DNA of 62,026 nt, the filler included. It is 6 parts of 6 records of this genome, joined end to end, with 100 filler letters (N's around TTAATTAATTAA, not from the genome) between each part and the next. Parts side by side here need not be neighbours in the genome. Positions count along the whole stretch, not along the records: positions 8,105 to 25,265 come from SRR31156797_2494; 5 more parts are not named here. One strand, 5' to 3'. A model generated the notes under the pieces. The model had not been told where the DNA came from and did not search any database. It saw only the letters and a list, made by a program, of their open reading frames with translations. Each line of letters begins with the position of its first letter. Position 1 is the stretch's first letter. This document shows positions 11,751 through 22,890 of the stretch, in pieces. The translations under genes were made by a program, and so were the position numbers.

Positions 11751-11777
11751 AAGAGAGCGATTATCGCTCTCTTTTTT
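11751..11777 (+). terminator. Terminator after yejK
   Basis: AAGAGAGCGA-TTA-TCGCTCTCTT followed by a T run. Confidence 0.85.
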
Positions 11778-11914
11778 ATCGCCGGAACTTTTACAATATG
11801 ATGAGTCACTGAACGAATGCTGAATTTTTAAAGGGTTACGCAAATTTGCATTGTTGAGTATATTATTTAAATTAGTTGATAAATTACCTTCTATATCGAG
11901 CTCAGAGGCAAAGG

Positions 11915-13156
11915 ATGGCTTTAGAAAATCGACCGAGTAGATTCATCTATAAGGCTATGGCAACGATCATTCTCGTATGGCTTTTGGGAATGTCGGCTAT
12001 TTGGGCCCAATATCGCGAAACCAGTAAATTAAGTAGTGATATTGTTGAGCTAAGTAATAGCATTATGGCTTTTCACAATTCTCTTCATTTTCGCTCTCCT
12101 TATCGTGTTACACATGCCAGTGACATGTCACTGAATATACAGCTTATCTATTCGTTACGAGTCCAGCTCGAAGCTGATTATCAAAAGTCGTGGTTGCAAC
12201 CTGATGTTACGCATTTACTTTATGTTGTGGATAAATTTATAGAAAAGAGCCAGCTGTTTTTAACCAAAGAGCTGGGGGTCTTAAATATGGTCGAAGAGCT
12301 TAAAAAGCAAAGGGCGTATTACGAGGCTGATCCACAACTCAAGCAGCACTATATTGAGCTCGGTGCTTATTTGTTTGAAGCACTTTTTACGGAAGATCAA
12401 CAAAGCCCAGAGATCTATCGTGCATTAGAAAGGTTGATGAGAGAGTCTCAATCATTACCGGATGGAAAAGACAGGCAAGCGTTGCAATTAACGTTGGCGA
12501 AAGTTTCGAAGCTACTCAGTGAATATGCCGAGGGTAATAATTTAGTCAGTCGTTTATTACAGCATGAAATTTATCGAGAGCTTTTTACGATCGAGCAGCA
12601 ATATTATCAAATATTTGGTCGGATTAATGTTTTGGTGTTTGTACTCAGCATTATTCTTGTTACTGCTTTGACCGTCGCCATAACGATTCAGAGAAAAGTG
12701 GCTAAGAGCAGCTCAATACAACCTTCATCCAGCAATATGATCGATCAGGATGAAGAAAAAGTTCAGCCAGCGAATGCCAAGAATGAAAATAATAAAACTG
12801 AAGAATTACCGATAGAATCAAAGATTGATATCCAATTAATGTTGAACTCGCTTAACGGTGACGTCGCCGCGGTAAAAATGCTTTTGAATGTGTTTATAGA
12901 AGATCATCAAAATGATGGGGAAACTTTGAAGCAACGGGTTGAATCTGATTTGACCGGTGCTTCTCGAATGGTACATAGCTTGAAAGGTGTTGCGGGTACA
13001 GTTGGTGCTAGTGAACTTAGGGCAATGGCTGTTGAAGTGGAAGCAAAGCTCAAGCAAGGAGATAAACCTACGAAAAGTGACTTGGACCGTTTGGCTCGCT
13101 ATCTCGATGGTGCTGTGAAAGGTGCCAAATATTGGATTGAGCAAAAGTCATTTTAG
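11915..13156 (+). CDS. Membrane protein with periplasmic region and C-terminal Hpt domain
   Basis: Two TM segments; C-terminal VHSLKGVAGTVGA Hpt motif; start at ATG 11915 is a guess (ORF is open from 11876). Confidence 0.8.
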   Translation: MALENRPSRFIYKAMATIILVWLLGMSAIWAQYRETSKLSSDIVELSNSIMAFHNSLHFRSPYRVTHASDMSLNIQLIYSLRVQLEADYQKSWLQPDVTHLLYVVDKFIEKSQLFLTKELGVLNMVEELKKQRAYYEADPQLKQHYIELGAYLFEALFTEDQQSPEIYRALERLMRESQSLPDGKDRQALQLTLAKVSKLLSEYAEGNNLVSRLLQHEIYRELFTIEQQYYQIFGRINVLVFVLSIILVTALTVAITIQRKVAKSSSIQPSSSNMIDQDEEKVQPANAKNENNKTEELPIESKIDIQLMLNSLNGDVAAVKMLLNVFIEDHQNDGETLKQRVESDLTGASRMVHSLKGVAGTVGASELRAMAVEVEAKLKQGDKPTKSDLDRLARYLDGAVKGAKYWIEQKSF

Positions 13157-13730
13157 TTTGCGGTAAAGTGTTTGAGTATAGGCTTAATTTTGAACAAATT
13201 TTTATTCTCATCATTAAATTACTCAGAATAACGTAGAGAAGTTTACAGATTATACGTGGTTTTCTTTAAATACAGAGTGTGATAGTCATTTGTTTTAGAT
13301 GGCTTATCTATTCCTTTGGCGAAGTTGATTATTGTAAACTCACTTTTCTTGTCGCTATTTGTACGTTTATTTATTTAAGTTTATGTATTTTATGGGTTTA
13401 ATTTAATATTGTGTTCGCTTTCACTCTTGAGTTTTGTTGTGTTCCATGCATGATTTTTAGTGGTTTTATTTTGTTCAAAAAAGATTTCTGCTCTAAGTAA
13501 TCGTCGGTTTTCTTCAATAAATTGTTACTAATTTGCCTGTTAAAGGCTAAATTTTGTGTTAACGTAACTCTCATCTTGGTTTTTGTTACTTTCTGATTTT
13601 TGGTGGTTGGTTAAAGCCAGATTTGAGGAAGAACAGGATCATAATTCAGAATAAACACTTGAGATTTTGATCGTAACCGAATATAGATGGTAGATTATTT
13701 TATTCAAGGAACACACGGAGAATTAGTGCG

Positions 13731-14843
13731 ATGAGAGTAGGTTTAGTAGGTTGGCGCGGTATGGTTGGTTCTGTACTGATGCAACGTATGGTTGAAGAAG
13801 GTGATTTTAATCTGATTGAGCCAGTATTCTACAGTACCTCACAAGTGGGTATTCCTGCGCCTAACCTAGGTAAAGATGCTGGAATGCTGCAAGATGCGTT
13901 TGATATTGATAGCTTGAAACAGCTTGATGCGATTGTTACCTGTCAAGGTGGTAGCTATACGGAAAAAGTGTACCCAGCTCTTCGTCAAGCAGGTTGGAAA
14001 GGCTACTGGATTGATGCAGCATCAACCCTACGTATGGCATCAGACTCGATCATCACACTAGACCCAGTTAACTTGAAACAAATCCAACAAGGCATCCACA
14101 GTGGAACCAACACTTTTGTGGGTGGTAACTGTACCGTTAGCTTAATGCTGATGGGTTTAGGTGGCTTGTTTGAAAAAGGTCTTGTTGAATGGACAAGTGC
14201 GATGACTTATCAAGCCGCTTCAGGTGCTGGCGCGAAAAACATGCGCGAGTTGATTTCACAAATGGGTGTTATCAATGATTCAGTAAGCTCTGAGCTGGCT
14301 AACCCTTCAAGCTCGATCCTTGATATCGATAAGAAAGTGGCAGAGACCATGCGCTCTTCTTCATTCCCAACCGATCAGTTTGGTGTGCCACTCGCGGGTT
14401 CTTTGATTCCTTGGATTGACGTTAAACGTGAAAACGGCCAAAGCAAAGAAGAGTGGAAAGCGGGCGTAGAAGCGAACAAAATTCTTGGTCAACAAGATGC
14501 TCCTGTGCCTATCGATGGTACTTGTGTTCGTATCGGCGCAATGCGCTGTCACTCTCAAGCATTAACGATTAAGTTAAAGCAGAATGTTCCGATGGATGAA
14601 ATCGAAGAAATCATCGCTTCACACAACGAATGGGTGAAAGTGATTCCAAATGAGCGTGACATTACTTCTCAAGAGCTTTCTCCAGCAAAAGTGACGGGCA
14701 CTATGTCTGTTCCAGTCGGTCGCCTACGTAAGATGGCGATGGGGGATGACTTCCTAAATGCATTCACCGTTGGTGACCAGCTACTTTGGGGTGCAGCAGA
14801 GCCGCTACGTCGCACATTGCGTATCATTCTTGCTGAAAAGTAA
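13731..14843 (+). CDS. asd: Aspartate-semialdehyde dehydrogenase
   Basis: [23 protein letters not shown] catalytic Cys, [11 protein letters not shown]. Confidence 0.97.
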   Translation: MRVGLVGWRGMVGSVLMQRMVEEGDFNLIEPVFYSTSQVGIPAPNLGKDAGMLQDAFDIDSLKQLDAIVTCQGGSYTEKVYPALRQAGWKGYWIDAASTLRMASDSIITLDPVNLKQIQQGIHSGTNTFVGGNCTVSLMLMGLGGLFEKGLVEWTSAMTYQAASGAGAKNMRELISQMGVINDSVSSELANPSSSILDIDKKVAETMRSSSFPTDQFGVPLAGSLIPWIDVKRENGQSKEEWKAGVEANKILGQQDAPVPIDGTCVRIGAMRCHSQALTIKLKQNVPMDEIEEIIASHNEWVKVIPNERDITSQELSPAKVTGTMSVPVGRLRKMAMGDDFLNAFTVGDQLLWGAAEPLRRTLRIILAEK

Positions 14844-14865
14844 TTGAAAAATATATTGAATGTTG

Positions 14866-14889
14866 AAGCGTCCGAAAGGGCGCTTTTTT
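14866..14889 (+). terminator. Terminator after asd
   Basis: AAGCGTCC-GAAA-GGGCGCTT followed by a T run. Confidence 0.85.
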
Positions 14890-15015
14890 GTATCTGAAAC
14901 ATGGCTTAGTACAAAGTCAGATTTGTCTTACAGTGTTACAAGTTGTTACCGATTTCTTTCGAAGTGCTCACTGTTAGCATGTGATGTAGTTAATTAGAGA
15001 TAGAGCAGCATAAAA

Positions 15016-16632
15016 ATGCCGAGCATTAAATGTTGTTCTGTTTACTCAATCAGAACATCTCATAAGCTAATTTGTATGCCGTTAAGTTGTCGCGTTAAAA
15101 CCTTATTTACCCTCGTAATGATTGTGTTCAGTTTTCCTACCTGTAGCCAAACGATGGCCTGGGAGCAGGCCTTTGAACAACATCATGTGGTTATGTTGCT
15201 CATTCGGCCGGGGGATGGAAGAATCGTCAAAGCGAACCCAGCCGCTCGCGATTTTTATGGCTATTCCATTGCTGAGCTACAATCTATGCCGATTCAGAGC
15301 ATCAATATTCTCAGTCCGAAAGCGGTGGCTGCCGAAATGGCTTTGGCAAAGCAAGAGCAAAGAAACTACTTTATATTTCCCCATCGATTAGCTAATCAAG
15401 ATGTTAAAACGGTAGAAGTGTCGTCGATACCAGTCATCTATAATGACGAACGCTTACTGTATTCCATTATTAGGGACATTTCTGAATTTAGAGAAGCTCA
15501 GGACGGTTTGTGGCATTACCAGAATCGTTTAGAAGAGATGGTTGCTGAACAAGCGCATCAGTTAACCGTCAAACACAGAACACGATTTTTCCTTTTGTTC
15601 GCGATATCAATCAGTTTACTTATCTTGCTTTCAGCGTTGTTAAGACAAGTCTTCCTGCAGCGTAAAACTAAATATTTGCTAGAGCGTGAAAAGAAACGCC
15701 TGTCCGATGTCATTTGGGGGGCGAATGTTGGTACATGGGAGTGGGATGCTAAGCATGATGAATTGCATGTGAGTGATTTTGCGTTATCTCTTATCGGCTA
15801 TGAACGATGGCCATTCTCCCGCCTTACAAGAGTTCGGATAAAACGTTTGTGTCATGAGGAAGATTGGGTTAAATCCACGCCTAATTTAGTCGCAAATTTA
15901 AAAGGCGAAGCGTCATTTTATGAAAGTGAAGTAAGAGTTAGACATAAAAAAGGCCACTGGGTCTGGATATTGACAAGGGGCCGAGTGATTGAGCGCGATA
16001 GCAACACCAATAGAGCTTTAGTGGTTGCTGGAACTTTCCAAGAAGTGACAATACAGAAAAACATGCATGAACAGCTGTATCAGTTTGCGCATACCGATCT
16101 TTTAGCCGAAGTTCCTAACCGACGTTCGTTCAACGAATGTCTAGACAGCATCTATCGGCAACCTGTTGATGGATGTTCGAAACATGCTTTGTTCTACATT
16201 GACCTGAATAACTTTAAGTTAGTGAACGACCTTTATGGTCATGAATCTGGCGATGAAGTGATTAAACATGTCGGTCAGAGGTTGAAAAAACTGACGCGTT
16301 CTTCTGACCATGTATTCCGTGTTGGAGGTGATGAGTTTGCTGTACTCATCAAAAATATTGAGTCTTTAACTGTGATAAGCACCATCGCGGAAAAAGTGAT
16401 TAAGGGTTTGAGTGAACCTCATCTGCTATCTAACGGTGAACAGGTTATTACACCGCCAAGTATTGGCGTGGCGGTTTATCCGAAAGATGGCTGCAATCCG
16501 GACAGTTTAATCTCTCGAGCGGACCAGATGATGTATTTAGCCAAATACCGATATCCACTTGGTGGCTACGAAGTATACACGCCAGAGAAATACATAATTT
16601 CAGCTCAACGCAGTCAAGCTCAATATTGTTAG
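15016..16632 (+). CDS. PAS-TM-PAS diguanylate cyclase
   Basis: Two PAS-like domains, DLNNFKLVNDLYGH, RSSD I-site and intact GGDEF; start codon uncertain. Confidence 0.88.
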   Translation: MPSIKCCSVYSIRTSHKLICMPLSCRVKTLFTLVMIVFSFPTCSQTMAWEQAFEQHHVVMLLIRPGDGRIVKANPAARDFYGYSIAELQSMPIQSINILSPKAVAAEMALAKQEQRNYFIFPHRLANQDVKTVEVSSIPVIYNDERLLYSIIRDISEFREAQDGLWHYQNRLEEMVAEQAHQLTVKHRTRFFLLFAISISLLILLSALLRQVFLQRKTKYLLEREKKRLSDVIWGANVGTWEWDAKHDELHVSDFALSLIGYERWPFSRLTRVRIKRLCHEEDWVKSTPNLVANLKGEASFYESEVRVRHKKGHWVWILTRGRVIERDSNTNRALVVAGTFQEVTIQKNMHEQLYQFAHTDLLAEVPNRRSFNECLDSIYRQPVDGCSKHALFYIDLNNFKLVNDLYGHESGDEVIKHVGQRLKKLTRSSDHVFRVGGDEFAVLIKNIESLTVISTIAEKVIKGLSEPHLLSNGEQVITPPSIGVAVYPKDGCNPDSLISRADQMMYLAKYRYPLGGYEVYTPEKYIISAQRSQAQYC

Positions 16633-16691
16633 ACCGAACAAAAAAAGCTGAGTTATTTATTTAAGCGGTAATGCAAAGTACTTACGGAAAT

Positions 16692-16722
16692 AAAAATGCC
16701 CTAGAGATTTTCTAGGGCATTT
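16692..16722. terminator. Strong hairpin terminator, possibly bidirectional
   Basis: AAATGCCCTAGA/TCTAGGGCATTT 12-bp stem; the longer T run is on the minus strand. Confidence 0.75.
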
Positions 16723-17049
16723 GCAGGTTTAGTTTTGGCAGAACTAAACTCACCATGGACATGAATATTGGACTCTAACGACAATAGCTGAGCAAATCCA
16801 GAACGGCCAAAACAATTCAAAGTATAAAAGGGGCGTTGTGATTGTAGTTGCTTAACTTTATTGATGGTAATGCAGTGTTTAAAAAGAGCCCTTTAGTCTT
16901 TTAGTATGAGAGTGGTGTCTCTCATCAGTTCTTTTTTATGTTCAAAGTATTATTACAGCCAATACTCATTATTGAGACTCTACATGGTTTGTACAGGCGA
17001 ATTTCATCTCTTATGATGATGAAATATTGCACAAACATGGATGATAATA

Positions 17050-18216
17050 ATGAAAATAGCAGTTGCAGGGACTGGTTACGTAGGTTTATCTAATGCGATG
17101 TTGTTGGCGCAAAATCATGAAGTCGTTGCGTTAGATGTCGTTGAAGAAAAAGTTCAGTTACTAAACGACAAGATATCACCAATCGTTGATGTTGAAATTG
17201 AAGATTTTCTTGCGAACAAAGCACTAAACTTTGTGGCTACGCTTGATAAAGAACTTGCCTACAGCAATGCGGACTTTGTGGTGATTGCGACCCCAACCGA
17301 TTACGACGTGCAATCCAACTACTTTAATACCTCTTCTGTTGAATCTGTGATTAAAGACGTTATAGCGATTAACCCAGAGGCTGTGATGGTAATTAAATCC
17401 ACGGTGCCAGTGGGTTATACCGAGTCGATTAAGAACGAACTTGGCTGTGACAACATTATTTTCTCACCGGAGTTCTTAAGAGAAGGGCGTGCGCTATACG
17501 ACAATTTACATCCATCAAGAATTATCGTCGGTGAAATAAGTGAAAGAGCACAAGCGTTTGCCAATTTGTTGCAAGAAGGCGCGGTGAAACAAAGCATTGA
17601 TGTTTTGTTTACTAACTCCACAGAAGCGGAAGCCGTTAAGCTGTTTTCAAATACCTATTTAGCGTTACGGGTCGCTTATTTTAATGAGCTTGATACCTAT
17701 GCCGAAACACTTGGTTTAAACACGAGGCAAATTATTGAAGGGGTGAGTTTAGACCCTCGTATTGGTAACTACTATAACAATCCTTCTTTTGGTTATGGCG
17801 GTTATTGTTTACCAAAAGATACCAAGCAGCTTCGCGCTAACTATGCGCAAGTTCCCAACAATATTATTGGCGCCATCGTTGATGCTAACTCAACTCGTAA
17901 AGACTTCATTGCCGATTCTATTTTAAAACGTAACCCAACACGTGTTGGTATTTATCGACTGGTGATGAAAGCAGGTTCTGATAATTTCCGTGCTTCTTCT
18001 ATTCAGGGGGTGATGAAACGACTTAAGGCAAAAGGTATCGAAGTGGTCGTTTATGAGCCGGTGTTAGAAGAAAAAACGTTTTTCAATTCACTGGTTTTGA
18101 CTGATCTAGAGCAATTTAAGTCAGCTTGTGATGTGATTGTTTCTAACCGAATGGTGGAAGAAATTAGTGATGTCGCTGAGAAAGTCTATACACGTGATCT
18201 GTTTGGTGGAGACTAG
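17050..18216 (+). CDS. ugd: UDP-glucose 6-dehydrogenase
   Basis: [31 protein letters not shown]. Confidence 0.95.
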   Translation: MKIAVAGTGYVGLSNAMLLAQNHEVVALDVVEEKVQLLNDKISPIVDVEIEDFLANKALNFVATLDKELAYSNADFVVIATPTDYDVQSNYFNTSSVESVIKDVIAINPEAVMVIKSTVPVGYTESIKNELGCDNIIFSPEFLREGRALYDNLHPSRIIVGEISERAQAFANLLQEGAVKQSIDVLFTNSTEAEAVKLFSNTYLALRVAYFNELDTYAETLGLNTRQIIEGVSLDPRIGNYYNNPSFGYGGYCLPKDTKQLRANYAQVPNNIIGAIVDANSTRKDFIADSILKRNPTRVGIYRLVMKAGSDNFRASSIQGVMKRLKAKGIEVVVYEPVLEEKTFFNSLVLTDLEQFKSACDVIVSNRMVEEISDVAEKVYTRDLFGGD

Positions 18217-18362
18217 ACTCCACTCGTAGCTTAAGTCAAAAGCTATTTTTAACGTCCTATAATACATGTGGCGCAAGGTTTCAGTTTTTTACATACTGGA
18301 AGTTGCGCCATTGAACATGCCCTGTTTAACCATCTTCAATTAATTGGCTAGAGAGAAGTAAG

Positions 18363-18398
18363 AAAACCTCAATCCTTTACTTAGGGTTGGGTTTTTTT
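18363..18398 (+). terminator. Probable terminator between ugd and cysD
   Basis: AAAACCTCAATCCT/AGGGTTGGGTTTT imperfect stem followed by a T run. Confidence 0.55.
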
Positions 18399-18614
18399 GA
18401 TCTTAAAAGACGTTTTGTTTACAGCTTTAACTATTTGAGAACACGAACAATCTAGCGAATAAAATGTCGTTTTTAGGTCTGTTGTTCATTTAGAAGAGAG
18501 GTTTTAATCAGTCTTAATAATTGGACATAAATACATCCATCGAAATTTGTTATGTGGTTCAGTTGTTTGTATGATTATTAGACAAGTTTTGATTTCAAAT
18601 AGTAGGTGTATGGA

Positions 18615-19529
18615 ATGGATTTCACGCTTAATAAAATAACGCACTTAAAACAGCTTGAAGCTGAGTCGATACATATTATGCGTGAAGTAGCTGCAGAATT
18701 TGATAACCCAGTAATGCTCTATTCTGTTGGTAAAGATTCTTCTGTGATGTTGCACCTTGCTAAGAAAGCATTTGCTCCTGGTGTTCCTCCCTTTCCTTTG
18801 ATGCATGTGGATACCACATGGAAGTTCAAAGAGATGATCCAGTTTCGTGATTATATGGCTAAAAAGCTGGGTATGAAGTTAATCGTCCACCAAAACCCAG
18901 AGGGCTTGGCGATGAATATCAACCCGTTTGTTCATGGCAGTTCGAAACATACCGATATTATGAAAACTCAGGGGTTGAAACAGGCACTGGATAAGTATGG
19001 TTTTGATGCTGCGTTTGGTGGTGCTCGCCGTGATGAAGAAAAATCGAGAGCCAAAGAACGGGTCTATTCATTCCGAGATGAACATCATCGTTGGGACCCA
19101 AAAAATCAAAGGCCTGAACTGTGGAATATCTATAATGGCAAGGTGAATAAGGGAGAGAGTATTCGTGTTTTTCCTCTCTCAAATTGGACTGAATTGGATA
19201 TTTGGCAGTATATCTATCTTGAAAGTATAGAAATCCCATCTCTGTATCTATCTAAATTACGACCAGTGGTCAATCGCGATGGCATGCTCATCATGGTCGA
19301 TGATGAGCGCATGGAGTTAAAGCAAGGCGAGAGCATTGAACAGAAAAAAGTGCGCTTTCGTACCTTGGGGTGTTACCCGTTAACTGGTGCTGTGGAATCA
19401 GAAGCGACAACATTGCCTGAAATAATCCAAGAAATGCTGCTTACCACGACTTCCGAACGTCAAGGTAGGGCCATTGATCATGATTCGTCCGGATCAATGG
19501 AAAAGAAAAAACGCGAGGGTTATTTTTAA
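18615..19529 (+). CDS. cysD: Sulfate adenylyltransferase subunit 2
   Basis: [10 protein letters not shown]-loop, [34 protein letters not shown]. Confidence 0.96.
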   Translation: MDFTLNKITHLKQLEAESIHIMREVAAEFDNPVMLYSVGKDSSVMLHLAKKAFAPGVPPFPLMHVDTTWKFKEMIQFRDYMAKKLGMKLIVHQNPEGLAMNINPFVHGSSKHTDIMKTQGLKQALDKYGFDAAFGGARRDEEKSRAKERVYSFRDEHHRWDPKNQRPELWNIYNGKVNKGESIRVFPLSNWTELDIWQYIYLESIEIPSLYLSKLRPVVNRDGMLIMVDDERMELKQGESIEQKKVRFRTLGCYPLTGAVESEATTLPEIIQEMLLTTTSERQGRAIDHDSSGSMEKKKREGYF

Positions 19530-19541
19530 GCAATATGGAGC

Positions 19542-21272
19542 TTGCCGTATTTCATGGTTATTACTGCTTTTATTATTATCGCCCTGCTTTGTGCACTAGT
19601 ATTTTCTAATGTTAAAGCCACAGTGTTGTTTGTCTCTGCCGTTGGTGGACTTTATTTAACCGGTAACGTTAATCAGTCTGACATATTGCTTAATGTCACC
19701 AATGCATCTGTACTGACCCTGATTTTGTTGATGGTCGCTTCACTAGCATTAGAGCGTTCTGTTTTTCTTCCTTGGTTGTCGAGTAAAGTGTTCTTATCCA
19801 ACTATTCAACCACTCTTCTTCGATTGGGTTTAAGTACTGCTATTAGCTCAGCTTTTTTAAACAATACCGCGGTTGTGGCAACGTTGATGGCTGGCGTTGA
19901 AAGAAATCAGGAGCATGCGGCCTCTAGACTGTTATTGCCCTTGTCCTATTTTGCCATTTTGGGTGGGACATTAACCTTAATTGGTACCTCAACTAACCTA
20001 GTGGTAAATGCGCTACTGGTTAATTACCATCTTCCTAGCTTAGATTTTTTTACCTTCGCTCCTGTTGGCATTGTTTTGCTTATCGTTGTTGGTTTTGTAG
20101 TGATATTGGCTGCGAGGAAGCTACGATGTGGAGCTAAGAATCAACTTAAGTTTGATGAGTATTTTATAGATGCTGAAGTTAAGCAAGATAGCAAGCTTCA
20201 TGGCCGCACTGTTCGACAAAATGGCTTACGCGCATTAGAAGGTCTTTTCTTAGCGGAGATAGTGCGTGATGAACAACTTATCTCACCGGTTACACCTGAA
20301 ACGATAATATTGAGTAAAGATAAGTTAGTGTTTACTGGTGATGTTAAGCAGGTAGGGCAATTACAGCGCTTTGATGGCGTAGAGGTTTTTGCGAGTAGCA
20401 ATCACCTGTTAGAGAGAAACTTAAGGGAAGTGATTGTCAGCCCTGAATCTATTCTTATTAACCGCACATTGAAAAGTACCGATTTTCGTTCCCGTTTTGA
20501 TGCTGCGGTTGTGGCTATTAGCCGTGAAGGGCAGAAGCTTTCCGGTAAGCTGGGAGAACAAAAGATTCAGGCCGGAGACAAGTTAGTGCTCGCGGTTGGG
20601 AGTGACTTTGATAAGCGGCAAAATTTAACGCGCAATTTCTTTTTTATATCCGGGAAACAGATCCACAAACCCTATACCGCGGTACAAAACGCAATCGTTA
20701 TTATTGGTTTTTTAGCTGCAATCGGTATTTCAATTTGCTCATCTTTTTCATTACTCGAATGTCTTGTCGCTTACATTAGTATTCTTGTGTTGACCAACAT
20801 AATGGATGGAACCGTCATAAGGCGTCGTTTCCCATTTGATTTGTGGTTGATACTGGTTTGTGCGCTTTCAATTGCTCAAGCAGTTGCCGATACAGGGCTT
20901 GCAAGTTGGATATCGAGCTACCTATATAATTACCTTGGTAGTGAGGTTCCTCCTTATATTGCTCTAGCTGCTATATTTATTGTTACCGTCATTCTGACAG
21001 AAATCATCACCAACACCGCAGCGACTGCGATCATGCTCCCTATCGGTATTACATTAGCTCAAGCGTATTCCGTGAGCGTTATGCCTTTTATTATGGGGGT
21101 TGCTTATGCCGCAAGTGCTTGCTTTATAAGCCCTTATGGCTATCAAACAAATCTAATGGTGATGAACGCTGGTGGCTACAAGTTTAGCGATTTTATAAAA
21201 ACAGGCTGGCCTGTGTCTCTTACTTATACCGCCGTGGCACTGATTGCAATACCGATATTTTTCCCTTTTTGA
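19542..21272 (+). CDS. SLC13-family permease with TrkA-C domains (putative sulfate transporter)
   Basis: SAFLNNTAVV, GGTLTLIGTSTNL, SPYGYQTNLMV motifs; central soluble TrkA-C-like repeats. Confidence 0.85.
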   Translation: MPYFMVITAFIIIALLCALVFSNVKATVLFVSAVGGLYLTGNVNQSDILLNVTNASVLTLILLMVASLALERSVFLPWLSSKVFLSNYSTTLLRLGLSTAISSAFLNNTAVVATLMAGVERNQEHAASRLLLPLSYFAILGGTLTLIGTSTNLVVNALLVNYHLPSLDFFTFAPVGIVLLIVVGFVVILAARKLRCGAKNQLKFDEYFIDAEVKQDSKLHGRTVRQNGLRALEGLFLAEIVRDEQLISPVTPETIILSKDKLVFTGDVKQVGQLQRFDGVEVFASSNHLLERNLREVIVSPESILINRTLKSTDFRSRFDAAVVAISREGQKLSGKLGEQKIQAGDKLVLAVGSDFDKRQNLTRNFFFISGKQIHKPYTAVQNAIVIIGFLAAIGISICSSFSLLECLVAYISILVLTNIMDGTVIRRRFPFDLWLILVCALSIAQAVADTGLASWISSYLYNYLGSEVPPYIALAAIFIVTVILTEIITNTAATAIMLPIGITLAQAYSVSVMPFIMGVAYAASACFISPYGYQTNLMVMNAGGYKFSDFIKTGWPVSLTYTAVALIAIPIFFPF

Positions 21273-21291
21273 ATGAGTAGATTGATCATTA

Positions 21292-21915
21292 ATGAACTAT
21301 GTAAAAAAAGAGCACGATTCTGTTGGTGAACATATTGTTTGGCACAATACGAGCGTGTCGTTTGAAGATCGTGTTGAACTCAAAAAACAAAAGCCCGTGA
21401 TTTTGTGGTTTACCGGGCTGAGTGGTTCAGGAAAATCGACGGTTGCGAATGCCGTTGAAATGAAGCTACTTCAGTTGAGCAAACACAGTTACTTGTTAGA
21501 TGGCGATAATGTTCGCCATGGGCTTAATAAAGATCTCGGTTTCAGTGATGCTGACCGGATAGAAAACATTCGGCGGATTGGTGAGGTGGCTAAGCTATTT
21601 GTTGATTCTGGTGCGATTGTATTGACAGCCTTTATTTCGCCTTTCATTTCGGACAGGCAGCAAGCACGTGACTTGTTAGATAAAGAGCAGTTTCTCGAAG
21701 TGTTTATTGATACTCCTATATCGGTTTGTGAGCAGCGAGATCCTAAAGGTCTGTATAAGAAAGCGAGAAAAGGGGAGATAAAAAACTTCACTGGAATCGA
21801 CTCAGAATATGAAGTTCCTGTGAGTCCTGATATTCATGTAAGAACTGAGAACAAATCTGTAGAAGAGTGCGCCGATCTCATTATTAATAAGTTACAACAG
21901 CTTGGGTATATATAA
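21292..21915 (+). CDS. cysC: Adenylyl-sulfate kinase
   Basis: [13 protein letters not shown]-loop, [17 protein letters not shown]. Confidence 0.96.
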   Translation: MNYVKKEHDSVGEHIVWHNTSVSFEDRVELKKQKPVILWFTGLSGSGKSTVANAVEMKLLQLSKHSYLLDGDNVRHGLNKDLGFSDADRIENIRRIGEVAKLFVDSGAIVLTAFISPFISDRQQARDLLDKEQFLEVFIDTPISVCEQRDPKGLYKKARKGEIKNFTGIDSEYEVPVSPDIHVRTENKSVEECADLIINKLQQLGYI

Positions 21916-22878
21916 ATGCATTATGACGTTTTTAATGGTGATGCCGATGGCATCATCGCGCTTCTACAACTGCGTTGGAGTGAGCCCAAAAACAGTAAAT
22001 TGATCACTGGCGTTAAGCGAGATATCAAGTTACTCAAGAACGTTGCTCATGTGGAGGATGTCAGTTCTGTCACGGTGCTTGATATTTCGATGGAAAAAAA
22101 CCATCAAGATTTAGAAACGTTATTAGGTCGCAAGATCTCGGTATTTTACTGTGATCACCACAGGGCTGCTGACGTTTCTCAATCGGAGTATTTGACGGCA
22201 CTGATTGATTTGGATGCTGAAGTTTGTACCAGTTTACTCGTCAATCAATATCTCAATGGACAACACGTGAATTGGGCTATAGCAGCCGCTTTTGGTGACA
22301 ATTTATATAAACCAGCAGAAAAGCTCGCCAATGCGAGTGGGCTATCAGAACAAGCAACGGCGTTTCTAAAGGAGTTGGGAACACTGATCAACTACAATGG
22401 TTATGGCAGCGATCTCAGTGACTTGCACATATCTCCTGAGAACTTATATCGACAGTTAAGTGAGTTCCAATCTCCGTTTGAATTATTAGAGACTCAAGGC
22501 TCTCCTTATTTCACGTTGAAGCAAGGTTATGAGCAAGATTATGCAAAAGTTAACGCGCTAAGTCCGAGCTTGAGTAACAATATTTGTGAGGTTTATGAGT
22601 TACCTTGCGAAAGTTGGGCGCGCCGTATTAGTGGTGTCTATGGTAATGAACTGGCAAACCGCAACCCAGAGAAAGCACATGCGGTACTAACGCTTAATCC
22701 AAATGGCAGAGATTATACAGTGAGTGTTCGCGCCCCTTTAAACAACCGAACAGGCGCAGATGAGCTGTGTTGTCAATTTCCGACTGGAGGAGGTCGCAAG
22801 GCTGCGGCTGGAATTAATCAGTTGCCCGTCAATCAAAAAAATCAGTTCATCACTGCACTTCAATCATTTTATAAATAA
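21916..22878 (+). CDS. DHH/DHHA1-family phosphoesterase
   Basis: NGDADG, LDIS, CDHH, and a C-terminal GGGRKAAAG DHHA1 motif. Confidence 0.85.
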   Translation: MHYDVFNGDADGIIALLQLRWSEPKNSKLITGVKRDIKLLKNVAHVEDVSSVTVLDISMEKNHQDLETLLGRKISVFYCDHHRAADVSQSEYLTALIDLDAEVCTSLLVNQYLNGQHVNWAIAAAFGDNLYKPAEKLANASGLSEQATAFLKELGTLINYNGYGSDLSDLHISPENLYRQLSEFQSPFELLETQGSPYFTLKQGYEQDYAKVNALSPSLSNNICEVYELPCESWARRISGVYGNELANRNPEKAHAVLTLNPNGRDYTVSVRAPLNNRTGADELCCQFPTGGGRKAAAGINQLPVNQKNQFITALQSFYK

Positions 22879-22890
22879 AGGGAAAATCAA

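Noticed and set aside
13157-13730. Lysine riboswitch in the long region upstream of asd
   Set aside because: AT-rich, with no recognisable L-box core or paired stems.
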